Below the pieces are notes generated by a model. It was not told the origin of the DNA. It worked only from the letters and a program-made list of their open reading frames with translations, and ran no database searches. A stretch of DNA of 64,000 nucleotides, from NCBI RefSeq assembly GCF_009914755.1, contig NC_060942.1; one strand, written 5' to 3'. This DNA comes from the human T2T-CHM13v2.0 reference genome, Homo sapiens. How positions within the stretch are numbered: the first letter of the stretch is position 1; every line of letters starts with the position of its first letter. The position numbers were made by a program, and so were the translations under genes. Positions 27,335 to 39,589 of this stretch are shown here, in pieces.

Positions 27335-28280
27335 ATATGGAATATATGTATAGAATATATATATGTTAAATATATATATTTATGACTGTCTTGTATTCCA
27401 TAGTGAATATGCACCACATTTTCTTTAGTCAATCTACTACTGATGGGCACTAAGGTTAATTTCATTTCTTTTTTAGTCAATCTACTACTGATGGGCACTA
27501 AGGTTAATTTCATTTCTTTATTATTGTGAGTAGTGCTGCAGTGAACATACGTAATACATGTATGTGTCTTTTTGGTAGAACAATTTATTTTCCTTTGTGT
27601 ATATATCCAGTATTGGGATCACTGAGTAAAACGTTAGCTCTATTTTGGTTCTTTGAGAAATTTTCTAAATGCTTTTCACAGTGGCTGAACTAATTTACAT
27701 TTCCACCAACATTATGTAAACACTCCTTCTTATCCACCGCCTTGTCAGCACTTGTTATTTTTGACTTTGATGTGAAGCCATTCTGATTCGTGTGAGATAA
27801 TATCTCACTGTAATTTTGATTTGCATTTCTCTGATGATTGTGTTACGTTGAGCATTTTCATATGTTTATTAACCACTTATATAGCTTCTTTTGAGGAGTA
27901 ACTGTTCATGTCCTTTGTCCACTTTTTAATATACTATTTATTTTACTTGTTGAGCTGTTTAAGTTCCTTGGAGATTTTGGATAATTAGACCTTTGTTAGA
28001 TGTATAGTTTGTGAATAATTTCTCCCATTCTGTAGGTTGTCTGATTACTCTGTTGATTGCTTCTTTTGCCGTGCAGAAGCTCTTTAGTTTAATTAGGTCC
28101 CACTTATCAATTTTTGGTTTTGATGCAATTTCTTTTGAGGGTTTAGTCTTGAATCCTTTGCAAAAGTTCATGTCCAGAATGGTACTCTGTCTGTTTTCTT
28201 CAATGATTTTTATAGCTTGAGATCTTACATTTAAATATTTAATTCATATTGAGTTAATTTTTGTACATGGTAAAAGGTAG
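27003..28280 (-). mobile_element. L1PA15/16-like 3' part (main arm)
   Basis: Antisense 3'UTR gatgctgaggtttgg...ccaggtagtgagcatagtaccc; minus [23 protein letters not shown]; internal (TA)n at ~27304-27379. Confidence 0.92.
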
Positions 28281-28515
28281 CAGATTCAACACTAGTCTTA
28301 TCAAACTATCAACAGCATTTTTCATGGATTTAGAAAAAAAATTCTAAACTTTATATGGAACCAAAGAGGAGCCTGAATAGCCAAAGCAATCCTAAGCAAA
28401 AAACATAGCCAGGGGCATCACATTACCAGATTTCAAACTATACCATAAGGCTACAGTACCCACAATAGCATGGTCCTGGTACAAAAACAGACTTACAGAC
28501 CAGTGAAACAGAATA
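28281..28515 (+). mobile_element. Inverted 5' arm of the same L1
   Basis: cagattcaac...gcctgaatagccaaagcaatcctaagcaaa...ggcatcacattaccagatttcaaacta: ORF2 lying upstream of the main arm's start, in opposite orientation. Confidence 0.8.
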
Positions 28516-29514
28516 TGTTACTGAAACACCAGAGGATCAGTCTAGGTCCTGCTGCTTGCCAAACAGAAAGCCAATTGTTGAGACAATGATTATTGCCAAG
28601 GAAGAAGGCTTCAATCATGTGCTACACCTGAGGAGACAGGAAATCAGTCTCAAATCCGTCTCTGTGATGTCTAAAATTAGAAGTTTATCTCCTAATGCTA
28701 TCCCTGCCCCCTCCCCCCACCCCACAACAGTCCCCGGTGTGTGATGTTCCCCTTCCTGTGTCCATGTGTTCTCATTGTTCAATTCCCACCTATGAGTGAG
28801 AACATGCGGTGTTTGGTTTTTTGTCCTTGCGATAGTTTGCTGAGAATGATGATTTCCAGCTTCATGTGTGTCCCTACAAAGGACATGAACTCATCATTTT
28901 TTATGGCTTCATAGTATTCCATGGTATATGTGCCACATTTTCTTAATCTAGTCTATCATTGTTGGACATTTGGCTTGGTTCCAAGTCTTTGCTATTGTGA
29001 ATAGTGCCACAATAAACATATGTGTGCATGTGTCTTTATAGCAGCATGATTTATAATCCTTTGGGTATATACCCAGTAATGGGATGGCTGGGCCAAATGG
29101 TATTTCTAGTTCTAGATCCCTGAGGAATCACCACACTGACTTCCACAATGGTTGAACTAGTTTACAGTCCCACCAACAGTGTAAAAGTGTTCCTATTTCT
29201 CCATATCCTCTCCAGCACCTGTTGTTTCCTGACTTTTTAATGATCGCCATTCTAACTGGTGTGAGATGGTATCCCATTGTGGTTTTGATTTGCATTTCTC
29301 TGATGGCCAGTGACCTAATGCTAAATGACGAGTTAATGGGTGCAGCGCACCAACATGGCACATGTATACATATGTAACAAACCTGCACGTTGTGCACATG
29401 TACCCTAAAACTTAAAGTATAACAATAATAAAATAAAAAATAAAATAAAATAAAATTAGAAGTTTATACAGCAGGGAAGAAATCTAACAATGTGTAGAAG
29501 AACAGGAACTGGGA
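28516..29514 (-). mobile_element. ERV1-class LTR fragment (LTR26-like, tentative) split by an L1 insertion
   Basis: tgttactgaaacaccagaggatcagtctaggtcctgctgc...attgccaaggaagaaggcttcaatc at 28516-28688, resuming acagcagggaagaaatctaac after 29467. Confidence 0.7.
28686..29450 (+). mobile_element. Young L1 (L1PA3/4) with 5' inversion
   Basis: Antisense arm 28686-29313, sense arm 29313-29450 with A-rich tail; TSD taaaattagaagtttat at 28672-28688 and 29451-29467. Confidence 0.96.
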
Positions 29515-29609
29515 TTATACTGTATAAGAATAGATTTGTGTGAGTGTGCATCTTGGTGTGAGTACCTGTGTTTGAGTGTTTCTTAATAGGAGAACCTGGT
29601 TACTTTGGG

Positions 29610-29765
29610 AAGCAATACAAGAGCATAGTAGAAAGAAATGGCACCAGATTGACTGACAAAATCCTGTGTCACAATTTGCAAGTTACTTCACTTCTCTTAT
29701 TTAAAATATTCTTTATTGTAAAATGAGAATAAAAATATCCCAATTAATATTTTTGTTAGTAAGGC
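29610..29765 (+). mobile_element. MIR fragment
   Basis: gcaagttacttcacttctct...ttgtaaaatgagaataaaaat. Confidence 0.6.
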
Positions 29766-29779
29766 CAATAAAAAGAATG

Positions 29780-30855
29780 GGCAATAACATTTAAGACATA
29801 GGAATGGGCAAGGATTTCATGACTAATACACCAAGAGCAATTGCAACAAAAGCCAAAATTGACATATGGAATCTAATTAAACTAAAGAGCTTCTGCAGAG
29901 AAAAAGAAACTATCAACACAGTGAACAGACAACCCACAGAATGGAAGAAAATTTTTTGCAAACTATGCCTCCTACAAAGGTCTAATATCCAGCACCTACA
30001 AGGCACTTAAAGAAATTTACAAGAAAAAAATAAACACATTAAAATTGGGCAAAGGACATGAACAGACAATTTGCAAAAGAAGACATAGATGCGGCCAACA
30101 CTCATGAAAAACAGCTCAACATCTTCGGATTATTAAAGAAATGTAACTCAAAACCACAGTGAGATACCATCACACACCACTCAGAATCACTACTATTCAA
30201 AAGTCAGGAAATAACAGATACTGGTAAGGCTGCAGAGAAAAATAAATGCTTATACATCTTTGGTGGGAATGTAAATTAGTTGAACCATTGTGGAAGAGAA
30301 TGTGGCGATTCCTCAAAGACCTAGAAACAGAAATACCATTTGACCCAGCAATCCCATTACTGGGTATGTAACCAAAGGAATACATTGTTCTATAATAAAG
30401 ACATATACAGGTGTCTGTTTATTGCAGCACTATTCACAATAGCAAAGACATAGAATTAACTTAAACGCCCATCAGTGATAGATAGGGTAAAGAAAATGTT
30501 GTACTTATACACTATGGAACACTATGCAGCCATAAAAAAAGAGCAAATCATGTCCTTTGCAGGAACTTGGATGGAGCCAGTGGCCAGTATCCCTAGCAAA
30601 GTGGTGCAGAAAAAGAAAAACAAATACTACATGTTCTCACTTATAAGTGAGAGCTAAATGATAACACATGAACATGTAGAGGGGAGCAACACACACTGAA
30701 GCCTATCAGAGGGTGGAGGTAAAAGGGAGAGGATCAGGAAAAAAATAACTAATTAGTATTAGGATTAACACCTGGGTGAAAAAATAATTTGTACAACAAA
30801 ACTCCACGACACAAGCACATACGTGTGTAACAAACCTGCACATGTACCCCCGAAG
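29780..30855 (+). mobile_element. L1PA13-like 3' part
   Basis: [34 protein letters not shown]; 3'UTR gagaggatcaggaaaaaataactaa...gtacaacaaactcc. Confidence 0.92.
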
Positions 30856-33430
30856 TGACAAGATTTTTTTTTTTTTTTTACGAATGCCTGGGAAGTATTT
30901 ATCTTGGTATCTTGAGTATGTCCACATTCCGAAACTGAATTATTTTTACTAGACAGGCTTGATAAACAATTTAAAAAATTGTAAAGGAGATTAGAAATTT
31001 TTCAGATATATTCAGCTAATCTTACTTTTTTACAAAAGCTCAAAATGTATAGAGAATTAGTCTTTTGATTTTTGTCCTTGATTGTTGTTCCCTTATTCAC
31101 AGGTTAATCGACACTAAAGGTCTGCATACAAATTATTTACTATCCATTGCCATATTTATGCAGCACAAAGTATACTCAAGGAAACCCAAAAAGCAGCAGC
31201 CCTATTCCCTACATTACTAGTATGGAACCTGTCAATGTCTAATTACTGGCCACGAAATGCTTAGACAGAATATATATATTCTAACATCTTCAAGATCTGA
31301 AAAGATAGATCAGAGAAAAACACGTGTAACACTGGATTATGTTCCTCCAAATGATGATAAAATGATACTATTGAAAAGGGTTATTTTCATAGAACCTAAT
31401 TTTTCAGATGAGCAGAACATTTTTAACTAAAGTTGAAAATTACATTCTCAAATACTGAAAATAATTTTATAACTATATCGATAAATAGTCTTGGCAGAAA
31501 AATACAATTATTGACTATCTCCAATTCAAAAATATTCTTACTATCTTATTAGATAATTTTCTTATTTGTTCTCTGTTAAAGTGTGCTTGCCTATGAAATA
31601 AACATAAACTTTCTTATGAATTTCTATATGAGAGGGATGAATTTGCTTTTCAGAAGTGGCTCACTCAGTAAGTAGAAAAAATAATTAAAGAGTGAATTCA
31701 AATTCATAGATTTTTCTCCAGATTACAGCAACTTGATTATTTGATCTTCTTTAATTTCTTTTTATTCCACATTTGCATGTCTATCTTGAACTTGAGTAAA
31801 AATATTAAATGAAACATGTAACAAAAATATATGAATTTCCAATATCAAAGTAATTATTAATAAACTATAACCTGAGACAAAATAAACAATATATTAATGC
31901 TAAAATATTACAAGTTATATGACCAGATACTACATAATTCTGTTAGGACAATACATAAAAACAGTAAAGTTTAGTATGTAATTATACTTATCAAGTACTT
32001 TATAACTTATAAAAATAATTCACTATTTAAAATATAATACAAAGAGGAAATAAAAGTACAATGGCCATAATACATTAATATCAAGCACAACTGTGGCTTT
32101 AAATACTCAAGGATATACTTTTACTTTTGAAACTAGAAAACAGAATGAAGGATATGAAATGTATTACCAGGGTCTACTAGATTTTATTTTCAGTAAAAAT
32201 GATATTTAATATTTCTGTTGAAAAAAGAATGAGCTATTCATTATTCTCTTAATCTCATAGATGTATAGCCTTGAGGGAGAAAATTTTAAAAGTACATTGA
32301 AATGCAACGTTGAATTGTGATTAACGTCCTGTCCTTAGTCGCAACGTGCAAATGCCCCTGCTTTCTGCAAGAGTAGCTTCCGATCCTGTGGGACTGTTAA
32401 CTGAATCACAACTAGCAGGAAAGATTAAAAAAATGACCTTCCCTTGACAGTATATATGGTCATGTGCACAACGACATGAATTAAAAGTGACTAAATAAAC
32501 AAACCTCACACATTTTTGTTGTTGTTGCAAACTTTTGAATGAAAAACAAGGAAAGAAAAGGTTTGATGAACACATGTCACACCTGAGTCTCTAAATTGAT
32601 TTTTGGACTTGCACCGGGTACAAATATGGAGCTCATCCGATTTGACTTTATATATTCTTTAAAATTTTTATCACTTTATTTTAATTTCAATGGATTCTTT
32701 GGGGAAGCAAACAAATCCAAATATTCAATTGATCTTGTATCAGAATTTTGTATTTCTAATTAGTTTTATTCTATCTTCTATTCATAATAAAAACTGTTAC
32801 TTCTATTATTAACCATGTGCTCTATGTATTAATCTTAATATCTGTACTCTATTCTCCTCCAAGTGTACTGATGTGAGCAGGATGTGGGACATAGCCCTGA
32901 ATCTAAGACTGCTTTTATAGTCCTGGATTACTAGCTAGACTTCCACAAGAGTTTAAAAATGAAATACTAACTTATTCCTATTATAAGAATGTTTTATGAA
33001 TACTTCCTTTTATTTGATCAATAATTCTAGTTTAGTTTGCATCCAAATTTTAATGTTTCCTCTCACCCTGATACTGTGAATTGTATGCCCTATTTCGCTG
33101 ATGTTTGCTACAGAAAAATAAGGGGAGATGATTGAAATTAGGCTATAGGTGCTGGAAATCCAATTTTTTTTAAAGAGAAATATAACTTTGGGAACCCATG
33201 TTTTAACCATTACTCTTTCTTCTAGAGGAAGATAGATTATCAAGAACAACAAGAAGCAAGGGTAGAAGAAGCAAGGGCAGGTCAAAATTGTAGCATTGTG
33301 GTATACAGATCAGATTTCTAGGTACTAATGCCTTCTAAAATTGCAAAGCATAATCACTTTATCCATACTAAATAAAACTCTCATTTTATTAGGTAAAAGG
33401 TGATAGTTATGTAAATAATATATATATATA

Positions 33431-33689
33431 TTTTGAGGCAGGCACAGGGTGCTATTGACTCACACCAGCCTCAACCTTCCTGGCTTAAGCTATCCTCCCA
33501 CCTCAGCCTCCCAAGTATCTAGGATGACAGGCACGTGCCACTGTGCCCAGCTAATTTTTTATTTTCTTGTAGAGATATGATCTCTCTATGTTGCTCACGC
33601 TAGTCTCAAACTCCTGGGCTCAAGCAATCTTCCTTCCTCAGCCTCCCAAAGTGCTGGGATTACAGGCATGAGCCTCTGAGCCCGGTCCA
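33431..33689 (-). mobile_element. AluJ, internally deleted
   Basis: gtctcaaactcctgggctcaagcaatc...cctcccaaagtgctgggattacaggcatgagcc; 3' part of right arm shortened. Confidence 0.9.
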
Positions 33690-34384
33690 TGGTAAATCTT
33701 AATCACATGGAAATTTGAGCAATTAAACAATATGCATTTGAGAACACTTTCTTTGTAACACATACATAATATATATACATATATACACAATAAATATCTG
33801 TAGGTAACACATACATATATACAAGATAAAGGTGGCATTAATGATTGGTTCAAGACAAAATTTTTGAAAAATGATATTACAACTAACCCACAATTTGGAA
33901 ATACATTAGGAACCAATATGACTTCAAGATGTTTTAGCAATTTAAATGTTAAAAAATGAAATCACACGAAAAAGAATATTCAAGTGAAAACTTTATAAGT
34001 AAAATGCCCAAAGCAGAACTATCCAGGACAGGAAGGTATCCGGTAAATTGTTGACAGTGTCTCCTTCTTCATATGATGAGGCGATGCACCCACCATTGGC
34101 TGAGACTCTGACATTGACAGATCTTCCCTTTCTTGAGTGTTTCAGATTTCCTAGACCACATAGCTAATCTTGATTTATTATGCCAGGTTATGTGTAAAAT
34201 GATTCACATTTGTTCACCTGTTGTATGTGGAAAAACCAAAATCTTCCTTCTCTTTGCTTTTACAATTCTGACTTCAAAGAGCATAAACTCCTTCTTCCTG
34301 TTCCAAGCCTGCACACATTTTCTGTTTTGGAATAAATGACAATCCTTCAGTGAGAAAATTATACATTATTTTATGTTGTTTGAA

Positions 34385-34880
34385 GAATGAGTATCAGTAG
34401 GAGATAGTTGATAAATGGTTAAAAATACGGATTCAAAGAGCCAGACTAGACTAGAAATATATTTGGGATCATAAATTAGAATTGACAGGGTTAAATTTCC
34501 TTTGTGAAATAATGTAGGGGAGTGTGTAGATAAATAACCAAAAAGGCTGTAGGTTCTAACTTTGAAGGACATTATTATGTAGAAAGCAAGAAAAGGAACA
34601 GAATCTCATGAAGAAAAACACAAAGAAATTACAGGTCTAGGAAGATCAAGAGAGTGTCAGAAAATGAAAAATGAGGAAGAGAAAATTTATGAGTGAGTAA
34701 CTATCAATGGCACAGGAAAAGTGAGGGAGCATAACTATTGTTTCAATGGAGAATTCATTGGATTTTGTATTAGATGAGGGCATTAATGATGTTAACAGGA
34801 AAAATTTCAGTGGAGTAGCAGAGGGTAGAGGACAGATAGGTTGTAGTCAATGGAGAGAATTTGTTCTACTCCACTTCAGA
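34385..34880 (-). mobile_element. L2 fragment
   Basis: gactagaaatatatttgggatcat; cattggattttg...aatttcagtggagtag. Confidence 0.55.
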
Positions 34881-35014
34881 CTACAGCTTAAGTATTGTTT
34901 TTGTTTGTTCAGAGAAGTGCATTTTAAGGGGTACTTAGAGACACAAGACCATGTACAGAGTACAACGATCATGATTTGGAATGATGAAAAACGCTTGCAT
35001 TAAAAGAAAAAAAA

Positions 35015-35270
35015 TAGAAGAATCTGAGGCTATTTCGGTTGGAGAAAAAAGACACTAGAGATCATGAATAGTTATCTAAAAATATTTGCAAGACTTTTAC
35101 ATGTAAGAAGAATTAGAGACAGGTTTTTAAACATTCCCAGAAGAAACCATTAGAATCATTACTGTGAAATTAAAAACACATATTTGACTAAATAAAAAAT
35201 ATAATTAAGATGGAGCAAAATGTTTCCATTACTCCTCATTTCAATGGGCAGTTGTTATGTATTCCCCAAA
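35015..35270 (+). mobile_element. L3/CR1 3' remnant
   Basis: ggagaaaaaagacactagagatcatgaatagttatctaaaaatatttgcaagacttttacatgtaagaagaattagagac resembles the CR1 ORF2 end. Confidence 0.5.
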
Positions 35271-35329
35271 TAAAGCATAAGGAAAATAGTTTATTTAGAA
35301 ATACACAGGAAAATATCTAAAAGCGAATA

Positions 35330-35952
<623 letters not shown>

Positions 35953-36099
35953 ATAACCTGCCATCACTTATAGAGGAAATTAACAGTCCTCAACTTCAAA
36001 TGTCCAGAACATAAAGACTCTGTATTACCACAGATAATATTGTAATGAAATAATATTCTTTTGCTGGCTTCCCGAGAATGTTTAATTTAGTATTATGGA

Positions 36100-36700
36100 G
36101 AAAGTACTATGTTGATAGGCTCTGGAATATACTTAATATACGTGGATGTGAACATACACATTGCTAAGATGTTTTCTCTATCTTTGTTATACATTTTATA
36201 CTTTTATTATGTTATTACATATAGCATGTTGTCTTCTTTTCGGGGACTTTGTGCTGATTAGAAAAACAAAAATAAAAGAATATAATGCAATGCAATATAT
36301 GTTATATTATCTGTATGGTTGCAAAACATTTATGAACAATGGAATTTCAATGATTTTCCCTGGAGATTGATGGGGAAGGCTTGTTTTTGATCTGGAAGAG
36401 ATCAAAGAAAAAGTAAGCTTTAAAAGGTAATTTATGGATGGTAAGGGAGATTCTCAGCTATTTGGGAAGGAAATTTGAGCACGAGCAAAGACAGCATTAT
36501 GAAAGTCAGAGCAAGCTTAAAGAATTGAAAGTGGCTTGGAATGCCCAGAGCAAACCATGTGTGAAGGAAAGTATGTGTGATGAGGCTGAAAAGCTCGGAT
36601 GTGTCAGATTGTGAAGCCATAGAAGCCCTTCGGCCTTTAGGGTGTAAATATGAGATGAATACAAACTTTTAAAATAATGGTTAATTTTAATAAAAGTTAA
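36100..36700 (-). mobile_element. L2 remnant
   Basis: ggggaaggctt...gcacgagcaaagac...gatgaggctgaaaag...cagattgtgaagcc. Confidence 0.5.
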
Positions 36701-36929
36701 TAATATAAAGATTCTCAATAACAGACATTGGGAAAATAATTTCTATACATAAAAGTACCTAACAATATATTAATTTCCTATTTAATCTCCAAATCATGAC
36801 AAGCTGTACAATTAAAATTCAGCAAAGTAATTTATACCTTTAGAATTGGTTTCAGTGGTTGGACTAACATTGTTTTATATGGTCTTTTTTTCTTAAGAAA
36901 TCTTACATGGGAAGAAAAACGGAAGGACA

Positions 36930-37270
36930 ACAGCAATTGAAACTGACATTTATTATTAAGCTTAAACACAAATTAGTCACCCAAATAAACTGTGCAATTC
37001 ATTGGTGGCACAATAATCATACTAATGACCCACAGTTGACGTCAATTATTATAAGTATATTACAAAGGCATTAATTGCAAGTTGCTGCCAGATTTATGAA
37101 TTATCTAAGCAGATAGAATGCAATCATATTAAACGTGCTAATGATGCTTTAAGTGGATAAGGAAAATCGGAAAATTCACCATGAAACACTAAGCTTTGGT
37201 AACACAGATTTTATTTATCATAAGAAAATGGGTCCATGTTATTTTCAGTTGGCAACAATAAATTATTTCA
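36930..37270. promoter_or_regulatory. Candidate enhancer-like unique element with full CRE
   Basis: No recognisable repeat; palindrome TTGACGTCAA 37036-37045; several TAAT/ATTA homeodomain cores; motif evidence only. Confidence 0.3.
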
Positions 37271-37699
37271 AAATCAAAAGCAAAGAAAATACATACTTAC
37301 TACTGCTCAGGCCCTTAAAAAAAGAATTAACACAGTTTCATGTATGCTAAACTCAATTATAAGTAGAAAAATCCATAAACATTTTAATGTATAGAATGAT
37401 ATGCATACATTCACTTTAACTATATTAAGATATGTTGCAAATAAAATTTCAATAAAGCAAACTTCACATTTAAATAAATCAACCTATTTATGAGGCTTGT
37501 AAAAAAAAAGTCAATTACTTCCATGTAATTTGTGTAACAAAAAGTCATATTGTTATTTTATTTGAATTATAGTATTTAAATATGTGGTTTTATATACTGT
37601 GAATGAATTATTTTATGAATAATAAAACATTTCATATGTGAATATTTATATAAGGAGACTAAAACCAAAGAAGAAAATGTATATAAAAAGAGCAAGGTG

Positions 37700-37804
37700 A
37701 CTTTGGGAGGCTGAGGCGGGCAGATCACGAGGTCAGGAGATCAAGACCATCCTTGGTAACTCGGTGAAAGAGTAAGACCCTGTCTCAAAAAAAAAAAAAA
37801 AAAA
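37700..37804 (+). mobile_element. Short chimeric / internally deleted Alu
   Basis: Left-arm actttgggagg...gatcacgaggtcaggagatcaagaccatcc...cggtgaaa fused to right-arm end gagtaagaccctgtctc + A18. Confidence 0.9.
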
Positions 37805-39589
37805 GATAGAAAGGTGAATGAACATCATTAAAAATTAACATCCAAATGCATATGTCCATTGAGAGCAATTTCTGAAACAGTAACTGCAGAGATTTTTAAA
37901 TAAGCTTCTGAAACTTAGGAACCTGGTATTTGATCACTGCTTGAAAATATACCTCCTATATATATTCATTTCATTTCTGGATAATAGTCTCTATCCTATC
38001 TCTTTCTCAATGCAAATAAATACAATATTTGGATTTTATTGGATTAAAAAAATCCTGTCTTTACATCTCCATATGGCTAATGTCCATACGTATCATTCAA
38101 ATTCTCACATTATTCTGATGTACTTAATTGAAAATAGATGATTGTTTCATAGGCCTAGGGAATTTCAGGAATTTTCCTGGAAGAGTATAGATGATATGAT
38201 TTTATAAGTTAAAAATTGATAGCCATTTTTCAAAGCTGATTACTATTTCAAGCAAAGTTTCTAAAAAGTTTCTAACATATACTCAAAATTTTTCTTTGAG
38301 AATTGTTGTGCTTTCCTTGTTTTTTCTACATCTCAAATCAATGAATGTGAATTAACTTATATTTGTGATTTTTTTTCTAGCTGGGACAAATAAAAGTGTC
38401 AATTCCTTTATGGCTAACATATGAATTATAGCTTCAGTAATTACTTTTGTGGATACTTCATTTATATCATTGTATAATCTCTACAGAAATTATCCATCTT
38501 CTAGAAATCTGCACCACATAGCACCTTTAATTTATGTACCTACTTATATTACATTTGTTCCAAAACGTTTGCCTCTAGAAATCTGCATTCTAATAATCAT
38601 TTAACTTAAAAACATATGTTTATGTGACAAGCCATATTTGGTTAGTAATGCAAATAACAACTAACGCACTTTAAAAAGTAATTATAGGTAAAGTGTTAAA
38701 TTATTTAAAATTTTAATAAGTGCACTAGTATTATTAACCAAATATTGAATTGTTTCTATATCTAGCACTGATATGCTAACACATGCTGGCACTCAAATTA
38801 TGTGTAGAGTAAGTGAATGTATACATTTAACAAAGCAAATTCTTCTAACGAAGTCAGTCATGTTTTCTTTTTTGCAAAAATCCACGGAAAATAACATTCA
38901 TTATTCCAGTCTGAGTTTTCTGAATCACATAAAATGGTAACTTTAAACCATAAGTTAGAGGGAAATACTATTCCAAAACATCTTCATTTTAATATGCTTC
39001 TTTATTTTTGGCATTAACATTCATTTTCTTTATTCTGGCATATGAAAGCCCAGAGGGTGGCCATGCCTTATTGCCTTAACATATGCTGTTTCATTTGCTG
39101 AAAAGAATATGAGGCAACAGATTAGAGGGAGGAAACACAGTTTCTACCCAGGTGTAATCAAAAGCATAAACTTGGAAAATCATGTTCAGATAAGGTATTT
39201 CGAATCTATGTGTCAGGATGAGAAGAGCTCATTTAAAAAGTGATCTCAACTCTTGTTGATTAAACGCCTCTAGAAAATGAGTCTTTATTACACAGACGCT
39301 ATGAAATGATTCCAGAAACCCTTAGACTTTACGATAAAGAAAAATTTAAAACAGACTGTTGCAATGTAATAAATTTTTACTTTTCCCTGTTTAAATATTT
39401 TAATAAAATATGCCTAGAAGAAACTCTTACATTGCAAATGCCAGTATTACCTTAAAATAATACAGAGAAAAATCTGGACTTTTAAAAATAGGGTTTTTTA
39501 AAACATGAAATTAATTTAACAGACCTCAGAAAAGATAACTTCTCATTGCAATCTGTGAAGCAATGTTAAAATCAGAATCTGACAGAACT

